IMG/VR virus record: IMGVR_UViG_3300029967_000162
Coordinates: 32,001 to 96,000 of that record
Direction: 5' to 3' (one strand)
Source: a virus
Lineage: Duplodnaviria > Caudoviricetes
Length of the DNA stretch: 64,000 bases
This document shows, in pieces, positions 55,591-64,000 of this stretch. The position numbers and the translations under genes are program-made. Position 1 is the first letter of the stretch. Every line of letters begins with the position of its first letter. The notes below the pieces were generated by a model, which saw nothing but the letters and a program-made list of their open reading frames with translations, was not told the origin of the DNA and made no database searches.

Positions 55591-55845
55591 ATGCCAATTG
55601 GTCTCACACTCTTGATTGTGTTCTTGCTTGGTGGCTTGCTAGGCTACTCACTTCCATTCATGAAGCTCTACATTGACTTGAAGAATGACCCTGAGCTTCG
55701 GCAGAGGACTTATGATGAGATGGCAGATTGGTTCATCAAGCAGAATGACTGGGAATCTCTCAGAGAGCTGAACTGGTCAGAAGTATACAGAGGATGCAAG
55801 AAGAGGATGACTGACATGACTGGCAACATCGATGATGAGAGCTAA
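55591..55845 (+). CDS. Small membrane protein
   Basis: N-terminal hydrophobic helix. Confidence 0.65.
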   Translation: MPIGLTLLIVFLLGGLLGYSLPFMKLYIDLKNDPELRQRTYDEMADWFIKQNDWESLRELNWSEVYRGCKKRMTDMTGNIDDES

Positions 55846-55866
55846 AGACTAAAGCTTGGCACATAC

Positions 55867-55901
55867 AAAAAATCTCAGAGCTTTCACTCTGAGATTTTTT
55901 T
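55867..55901. terminator. Bidirectional terminator
   Basis: AAAAAATCTCAGAG-ctttca-CTCTGAGATTTTTT between convergent genes. Confidence 0.8.
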
Positions 55902-55904
55902 CTT

Positions 55905-58466
55905 CTATTCAGTGTTCTTTGGTATGTAGTTCGTATGGAACACTATGTCCTCAAGCATCTTCCACATTGTCGTGAGAGAAGCATCTATCCTGTCAGTCAA
56001 GCCCTCAAGTGAGTTGATTGATATGTTCATCACTTTTATAGAGCTGTCAGTTGCATCAGCAAAGTCAAACAGAGTGCTCAAGTTCTTTGAGTGCGTGGCA
56101 ACCTTTGTGCTCAAGTCTTTGAATGAGTCTGAGCCCATGATTGCATTCTCAAGGTTCACGACAAAGTTCTGTATGTAAGCGATGATGTAAGGAATCAGCT
56201 TCTCATAGTTGATGTTAGCAGTCTTGATGTCTGACCCATAGAGCACGCTTGTGTCTTGGCTCTCTACCAAGTATGTCAAGTCAACGCCATTTCATGAGCT
56301 GTCACCACCCCATGAAGAGCTGTTCAACGCTGGGCTGTCTGGGTCGACATAGAACTCAAGGATCCTGTCAGAAGAGTTCTGCACAGTGCCATCTTCAGCG
56401 ATGTACTTGTACTCAACATTCTTGGTTGACATCAGTATGTTGATGCCCGCATAGTAGAGTGGTGTCTGGCTTGCCTCAGTAGTCTGCCCACTTGGGTCTG
56501 ACACACTCACCATGTGCTCTTGCACGTCAAATATGGTTGAGAGGATTCTGCCAGCTTCTTCAGTCAAGGCACCTTCTTCATTCAAGAGAGTAGAGAATGC
56601 AGAAGCATCATCATAGTACTTGGTGACCTTGACATATGAGTCTATCTTGTTGAGAGTCGACACATCAAGATGGTCAATGTGCACCCCACTTGAGTCAAAG
56701 ATTGCCACTGTCTTGTACTCTACATCTTTGTATGCATATGCTTCAGTGTCATAAGTGTCAACTGCATCTGGCACCTGTATCAGCAAGACAGAGTCATCTA
56801 GTGTCTTGCCTGGCCTGATTGTAGAAGCATTCAGCACAGCTGTCGTGAGCACTGCTGCACGATCACCTGCCACATAAGATGCAAGAGCTGTGCTCAAGTC
56901 CTTCACCTGTGTAGCATAAGTGTCATATGCATTCACTACCTGTGCATAAGAGCTCTGGATGTTCTTTGTCGTGACGACATTGGTGTTCATCGCATCCACT
57001 GCTTGGCTCAAGCTGCTCAAGATGCCAGCGAAGTCAGAAGTGAGGAGTGAAGTCGTAGTCGTGTTGTCATTGACTTCAGAGTCGGTGTCGTCATAGACAG
57101 AGTTCGTCTTCACGTTCACACGGAATGCATAGCCAGTGCCAAACCCATTTGCATTGCTCATCTTCTTGGTGAGTGGTGGGATGCAGAATGAAGTCTGCTC
57201 TCCAGTCTCATCTCCAGACATGTCTTCAGGGGCATCCAAGAAGAGCACGCCAAACAAGTTGGTAGCTACAGGCACCTTAGTCGAGTTGGTCGTGTCATAG
57301 ACAGAGTAGTAGAGCAAGATGGCATTGAAGTCGAACTGGTCATCAGGAGCGAATGCATCTGGGGCCTTCACGTTCACGTCATCATAGCTGTTCACAATGT
57401 GCGTCACACCAGGCTCAAGCTTGTCCCAGATTGCAGCGATGTCGTTCACATCCTTCACAATCTCTACCCCATCAAGGTTAGATCTCCTGAAAGTGAATGT
57501 GCTGTCACCCTTGTATGTGATGTCATAGTTGATTGGGTCACTCTTGTCCCACTTCTGAGTTATGTATGCTCCACCAGTCTTCACATAGCTGAGCATGCTG
57601 CTCCACCAGAAAGCGTCATCGTCACCAGACCCATCGCTTGCACTCCATGAAGGAGTGTACTCGTCAAACGTGTCGGCGTAGTCAGACCATGGCACGTTGA
57701 CTGTGTATGTGTTCACGACATTCTCTGCTTCAGACTCACGGCCTTGCAGAGTAGAAGGGTTGTCATAGATGTATGCCTTGCCAAGCACATAGTTAGTCTC
57801 ACCATCGTCATCTTTCACCCTGAAGTAGACTTTGCCACCACCATAAGAAGTCGGCACAGCGACATAAGTCTCATTGAACATGCCAAACTCTGTAGACCGA
57901 GAGTTCCCAGCATCTATGGCCCCAAAGCACCTCACGACTTTCTGGTAGCCTGTGCGGTTGCCTACAGCCTCTATGCTGGTAGAGACATCCTGATCCTCCT
58001 CAAAGATCTCTCCACACCTTGTCGTCTTGATGTTGTCATCCTTCCACCTGATGGCACCAGTCTCCTTGAGTCACTTCCAGAAGACACGCTCAGACACAGT
58101 CTGCAAGTCTTGGTAGTTGTACTCATCTTGGTTCATCAAGAGGGTCTCAAAGTTCATCGCATAGTTCTGGAGAGATGCAGCGATGTGCCATGATGGAGAG
58201 TAGTCCAAGCCACCTTGCCCAGCTACATATGCAAACTCACCTGGTATGAGAGTTGGGTTGAAGAAGTTGACTGCCAAGTTCTTCTTGGTTGCAAGCTCTG
58301 TGTTGCTCTCTGGTATGTTGAGGAGAGCATAGTGTGAGAGGCACACTGTGTTGGCTCTTGCATTGAGGTTGAGCCCTATGTCTTCAGAAGCCGATGGGAA
58401 CACATAGAGGGTCCCACCTTGGCTCCTTGGTTGGTTGATGATTGGTGTCTTGTTCTGACTAGCCAT
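55905..58466 (-). CDS. Large virion structural (tail/baseplate-like) protein, 853 aa
   Basis: Three ORFs in frame via TGA58071 and TGA56292; late INYEKLIPYIIAYIQ resembles the intramolecular-chaperone helix of fibre proteins; ATAAATA upstream. Confidence 0.65.
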
Positions 58467-58561
58467 ATGACAAAATTCAAAAATACACCATATTTATGCT
58501 CAAAAGCCAAGCCGGCCACAAAAGCGGCATAAATATCAAAATCAAAAGGTTGGAACGGCAC

Positions 58562-59911
58562 ATGCCTACAAAAGTCATAGACAAGAAGCTATTTGAAGAG
58601 CGCAATATTGACAACAACTTCCCAAGAGAGGTGATACTCGGCCTCTTGAGGATCCTCAACCAGCAGATATCATATGAGCAGATTTGGGAAGACACTTCTG
58701 TTGGCAGAGAGAGGATCAATGTGCCATTCTTGTTTGACTTTGGTGAGGCATACAACTCCGAGAAGTTCATCCAAGACAACTACATCTTCTTTGGAAGCGA
58801 CTGCACTACTGCTGGGCTCACCAAGATGCCTGGCAACTTTGACTTCTACCCTAGAGGAGTAGTGTCCCTCAAGTCGATTGCCATAGACTCTGGATCTATC
58901 ACAAACAGGTATGTCATGGGCAGGTTCCAAAAGAAGATAGGGCCTCAGGTCAAGTCATATGTCTCTTGGCTCTACTCTCTGCCACTCAACATGTCATTCA
59001 GCCTTGAAGTTCGTGCAGACACTTTCAACACAGCACTCAAGATAGACTCTGCATTCAGAGAGTTCTTCTACAAGAACAAGACATACTACATCAACTACCA
59101 TGGGTCTAGAGTGCCATGCCGATGTGGCTTTGCAGAGCAGCTTGCACTTGACAAAGGCTCAACATACACAATGGGCACTTATGACTCTGACAGATACTTC
59201 AAGCTCACTATGGACTTGAGTGTAGAGACATACCAGCCAGTGTATGACCCGACTGCAGAGATGCCAGCTGATGCATCTGCAAGATGGGGCCTCTCTCTGA
59301 ACGTCAATCCAGGCACTCAGCATGAGAAGAAGATCTGGTTCACAAATGACTTGACAAACACCCTCATCACAGCTGGTGAAGACACAGTGATAGAGTGAGA
59401 CTGAGACTTCAACCGGTCAGACATGCTCCATGTGCAGCTCTCTTACATAGATGCTTCATCTGGTGATGAAGTAGAGATCGCTGCAGTGCAGAACCACAAC
59501 TTCTATGACTGGGCAGTGCCTGAAGAGCTCTCAGCAATGGAGAAGCTAGAAGTGGTCGTGCCAAACACAGATGAGCTCAGCGTCTATGAGCAACCTCAGC
59601 TCAGGATTGTCCCAGACTTGTCCACGATGGTCGTGAGGCCATCAGATGTAGTTGTGCTCAACAAAGGATACTTTGTCACAAAGCAGAGCAAAGTCGATGG
59701 TTGGATTGACTACACTAGAGACAAAGATGGAGGATTAGAAGAGATTCCGGTCAAGTTGAACTTGGCAAATGGGCAGATTGACTTGAGCAATCCAATAGAG
59801 TTTGAGCCATTTGTGTACTTGAACAAAGTCAAGAAGAAAGAGATCACAGTCAAGCTTGTCGATGTCACGAATGGAAAGGAATACACGATGAGCCCTGTCT
59901 ATGTCGTGTAG
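58562..59911 (+). CDS. Tail terminator/sheath stabiliser (T4 gp15-like) with C-terminal extension, 449 aa
   Basis: INVPF, YPRG, SLPLNMSFSL motifs; joined through IE*D*DF. Confidence 0.65.
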
Positions 59912-59929
59912 ACTTAGAAACTTCGAAAA

Positions 59930-60400
59930 AAATTTTCGGGAGGGCCTGTCAGTCTCTAGAAGAAAAGAAGAGTCTTCCAGTCAGTCTCTCTCATACTCTC
60001 TCTGCTAAGCCTACTAGATCTGTCTAGTTTAGTTAAAGTTTTAACTAGATCTAGTTAAAACTTTAGCTAAAGTTAAAGTCTTAACTAGATCTAGTCTAGT
60101 TAAGACTTTAACTAGATCCTTCACCGACCTTGTCCCAGACAAGAATTGTATCGACTTCAGGGCGGAATGTCTACAAAATTTTGTTAAAGTTTTGTTAAAG
60201 TTTTGTTAAATTTTTGTTTCAATTTTGTTACAAAATTATTTCAAAGATATTCAGCACTTCTAATCCAACTTAAACCTTCAAGCTCTTTCATGAAATGCCC
60301 TAGGAATGCGACATTTAGTCCAAGTGGGCGGCTAAGCACAAGGATGATTAACTAATCAAAAGTTTGATTTTGATGGTTTGCCGCTTCCTGGCACAAACTT
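59930..60400 (+). repeat. Dispersed palindromic/iteron-like intergenic element, copy B
   Basis: Inverted copy of 27931-28400. Confidence 0.92.
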
Positions 60401-60458
60401 CTATTTGGACAACTTCATCTTTTTGTGATACAAATCTAGATTTGAAAGCAAAGACAAG

Positions 60459-61370
60459 ATGAAAAGAGAGAAAGAGACCTATAGCCCAGATGAGAAGCTC
60501 TTTGGATACACAATCCAAGATGTCATAGACATATGCTGGGGTGCACCATTCCCTGGATCTAAGGCATGGGTGCCAGAGCATCCTATCTGGGACTGCTGGG
60601 TGCCAGGCATGCCAAGCCCAAAGCAAGCATGGGCAGACTATGCCTTGATAGAGCGGGCTGTGAAGAACATGTTCTGGATATTGTGGAAAGACATGGGGAA
60701 TGGCCATGAGCCGGACTTTGTAGCTAGGCACAGAGAGGCATTCAATGCTGCACAGAATGGAGAGACTGAGACGTTGAAGCGGCTTGTGCTTGTGAGGTTC
60801 ACTGTTGGCAAGTTTGCACCTAAGGTGACTGCCATCCGCCCATCTGAGGTGCTGAAAGCTGTGAAGCAGAGTGGGCTTGACTTGTCTTCTGGCGTGTACT
60901 GCCCGATGGCGGGGTTTGGTGGCATCATAGAAGCAGGGAAGAAGTGGCTTGCTGCACACAACATAGACTGGCATGGCAAGATAGAGGCATATGACATAAA
61001 CCCACGGTTTGTAGAGTGGTATCATTATGATGGGGTGAGAGACATGCTTGCACAAGTGGTAGAGACTGACAAGACTGTGGTGGTGTGCCCTCCATTTGGA
61101 AAGACTTATGAGCATTGGGATGGGACTCCTGATGAGATGGCAGACATATCATTCTTGGATTGGTACAGGCTCATCCATGAGCATGTGAAAGCTCCAGGAT
61201 ATGTCATCATTGGGCCAGAGCTGAGAGTGAACTCAAAGACGGTGTCTGTGAATGGAGTAGAGTTCAATGGCTTGTTCAAGCGCAAAGCCGGTGTGCAGTA
61301 CTGGAGTGAAGAGCTGTACCAAGGAGCGTTGGCTGGGACTGTAGAGCCAGAGAACAAAGCATTCAGATAA
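60459..61370 (+). CDS. Putative SAM-dependent DNA methyltransferase-like protein
   Basis: YCPMAGFGG (motif I-like), AYDIN, CPPF (motif IV-like). Confidence 0.55.
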   Translation: MKREKETYSPDEKLFGYTIQDVIDICWGAPFPGSKAWVPEHPIWDCWVPGMPSPKQAWADYALIERAVKNMFWILWKDMGNGHEPDFVARHREAFNAAQNGETETLKRLVLVRFTVGKFAPKVTAIRPSEVLKAVKQSGLDLSSGVYCPMAGFGGIIEAGKKWLAAHNIDWHGKIEAYDINPRFVEWYHYDGVRDMLAQVVETDKTVVVCPPFGKTYEHWDGTPDEMADISFLDWYRLIHEHVKAPGYVIIGPELRVNSKTVSVNGVEFNGLFKRKAGVQYWSEELYQGALAGTVEPENKAFR

Positions 61371-61476
61371 GAAGGCATCTATCAACTTCATGATATTGAG
61401 AGACACTCTTTGTAGGGTGTCTCTCTTTGGATTTGCCAGGAGCTCACAGATTGATAAATACCTAAATTGGTAAAAT

Positions 61477-61746
61477 ATGCAACTTAGTATGCCAAAGATC
61501 CATAGCATGAACCATCTTGATGAGCTAGAGCGGCACTGCCATGACTACTACCCAAACCTTGGATATGACTATGAGAAGAATGGCATACTCAAGAATGTCG
61601 TGTCACAAGAGCTGTTTGGCAACCCACTCAATGACTCTGCAATGCACCAGATTGAGCGGCTTGTCACATTCTTGGTGAACCAAGTCAAGAGGATAAAGCT
61701 GCAGTTCACATTTGCTCTTGACAAAGACTCAAAGCTGCTCAACTAG
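61477..61746 (+). CDS. Hypothetical (probably baseplate-associated) protein
   Basis: ATAAATA upstream; first gene of a putative late operon. Confidence 0.6.
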   Translation: MQLSMPKIHSMNHLDELERHCHDYYPNLGYDYEKNGILKNVVSQELFGNPLNDSAMHQIERLVTFLVNQVKRIKLQFTFALDKDSKLLN

Positions 61747-61753
61747 TTCAGAG

Positions 61754-64000
61754 ATGGAGATCAACAACACATTCATAGACTCATCTGTGCTGTTTGCAGA
61801 CTACTCAAAGCTGAGGTTCTTCAATGACTTTGGCTATGAGGTGTATGTGCAGACAGTGTATGACTTGACTTGGAGCATAACCACAAAAGCAAGGCACCCG
61901 TTCAACATATCTTCACTTCCATCTGGATACATCATCAGCGACATAAGCTGCACCAACTATGAGATGTTCTCTGGCATGATAGACATGGGAGCTCTCACTG
62001 TGAAAGTCGCGACATTCCCCGGAAGCATATCAGTCTCTGATGTGGCAAAGTACATAGACACAGATGCATCAGTCGGCTCTACATATGAAGATACAGATGA
62101 TGCAGGCAGGCTTGCAATCAGAGAGGCATATGTCACGAAGTACTTCAACCGTGCAATCAGCAAGCTTGAGGTGTCATACACTGGTGAGCATGCAAAAGCT
62201 AGGACATACAAGCTAGACATCTGGCCATATGTGAAGGGCCACCTCACTCTCAGGATGAAGGAGAAGTCATTCAACACAGAGAGTTTCAATGACCCATCTG
62301 CAGGCTATACAGTGCCAGACTGGCAAGAGTACACATTCTCACATGCAGAGTGTGACAGCTCATTCTATGAGACCCTCAACGCTGTGCTTGGCTCATTCCT
62401 CTATGGGAATGTCGACAGCAGTGTGCTTGACACTTCATTTGGTACACCAGTCGTGAAGCTAGAGAGAGCTGCTAGCTTGTGGCCATACTTCTCATTGAAT
62501 GGTGTCTTCAACCAAGAGAAAGTGTCTGCTGGCCTTGTGGCCGCCAACACAATCTATGCGCTCTATGATGACTTCGGCTCTGCCCCAGACTGAGGCAAGC
62601 ATAGCTTCAGCACACCATGGACAGAGTCAGGCTGCTCACTCATGCTTGGCACGACAGAAGACCATGAGCTCAGGTATGTGTCGAATGCACATGACGTAGA
62701 TGCTGTGACATGGTCAGACACCTACATGATAGGGCTCAGTGAGAGAGTCGACAACTCTGATGACCCTGACAAGGAAGACAAGCCGATCTCATTCTCTATA
62801 GGCGTCCTTGCTGATGAGGAGGGAGTGTACCAGAACCACATAGTGCTGTATGTAGTTGGGCCGACTGATGACCTCTACATCATCGGCACGATAGCTGTCA
62901 ACACAGAGGTGGTAGGAGAAGATGAGCGCTACAGGACGGTGTTCACCAACTTCGGGGTGCCAGACCCAGTCACATATCCATTCCTCTTCAAGGAGCATGA
63001 CCCAGACCAAGAGTCAGTAGACTGACAACTTGTGAATGAGAAGAGCAAGCAGCTCTTCTTGAGCTATGACCAGATCTTCCCATATGCTGGCACTTACAAG
63101 GCACTGATGAACGCTGTAGAGTGGCTTGGCTACACTGACATCTACTTCAAGGAATGGTACAAGGTCATAGACCCAGACAAGAGCTCTAGAGTCGTGCTTT
63201 GGCAGTCAGTCGACCTAGAGAACAAGAAGACCATAGAGAGCAAGCTCAAGAGGGTGAACGTGAGCATTGATGACTTCATCAACTACAAGAAGCTCAACAA
63301 GCTCTCAATGATATACCTCATCAACTCTGAGAGTGAAGGCTATGACACACAGCCGACTTACACCTATGACAGCTGTGAGTATGTAGGGAAAGGTCCGACC
63401 AAGGTGTTTGACATACCTTACACAGACCCTAACTATGACTACAACTCAGATGCTCTGCTTGCCAAGCTCTGGTCACTGAAGAGGTGGCTTGAAAAGCACA
63501 TCCTTGGCGTGAGCTGCCACATAGTCGACGTGACTGGTGAGGGTGTCTACTTCTACAGAGACAAGAGCGTAGCATACCAGACTGGAGACTACTTGCTTGA
63601 CTACAGCAAAGCTGCTCCACTCACACCATTCAATGCACGAGTGTCAGTGTCTGACAACCAGATGGTAGAGAGCTCTGCGCTTGTCAGGTGCTCAATGCAC
63701 GAGTTTGAGGAGCTCAGGTTCAGAGACTACAAGGAGAATGCAATATCAGAGTTCAATGACAAGATCTATGACTCTTCCAATGCAGTGACTTGGACAGACC
63801 CAGACACCCTTGCCAAGTATGATGCATCTACATATGCCATGAGTGTGCTCAGTGAGGATGGCAACTACGACTTCAAGAAGCTCGATGAGGCAATAGATGC
63901 ATCAGTGATGGTGAGCAACCCACTTGCTGCTCCAGTCTTGATGCAAGAGTTCTCCTACAACTTGGAGCTCGACACATCATGCGGCACTCTCTATGAGGCT
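61754..64000 (+). CDS. Large baseplate-like structural protein (3'-truncated by window edge)
   Basis: Frame open to the window end via TGA62591 and TGA63023; GTYKALMNAVEWLGY resembles wedge-protein motifs. Confidence 0.65.

Noticed and set aside
1-64000. TAG-to-Gln (code 15) recoding, or selenocysteine at TGA
   Set aside because: Many genes end cleanly at TAG, with only one in-frame TAG seen; TGA aligns with Trp rather than Cys, apart from one repeat position near 32981.
1-64000. Phage of a natively code-4 host (Mycoplasma/Spiroplasma-like)
   Set aside because: TGG dominates, replication genes avoid TGA, and fimbrillin lipoproteins plus TAnnTTTG motifs indicate Bacteroidota; not formally excluded without host data.

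Overview
This 64-kb window is a slice of a large T4-related (myovirus-type) jumbo phage genome. The host is probably a Bacteroidota, based on TAnnTTTG promoters and fimbrillin-type lipoproteins. The genome reads TGA as Trp (genetic code 4 behaviour): in-frame TGAs sit at conserved Trp positions and align with TGG in paralogs inside the window, so many ORFs in the supplied code-11 track are fragments of longer genes. Core genes are scattered on both strands: tail tube, a very large tail sheath, gp4 head completion, gp53/gp6 baseplate, prohead protease-scaffold, terminase large subunit, gp15-like, gp32 SSB, primase, UvsY and UvsX with a 132-aa mini-intein. Replication and recombination genes lack TGA, whereas many virion, mobile-element and accessory genes contain it. 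Accessory content: two IS607 and one IS200/IS605 elements with TnpB; a family of Zn-ribbon + 23-aa-repeat + PD-(D/E)XK nucleases at four loci (one intact, three decayed); four HExxH paralogs; glycosyltransferase-like genes; a type V pilus (fimbrillin)-like lipoprotein operon; three tRNAs (one with a 77-nt anticodon-loop insertion, one Thr with a long variable arm); a ~300-nt structured RNA candidate; and a ~470-bp palindromic, iteron-like intergenic element present twice in inverted orientation plus a partial third copy. All protein assignments come from motif recognition by eye; no searches or folding programs were run.
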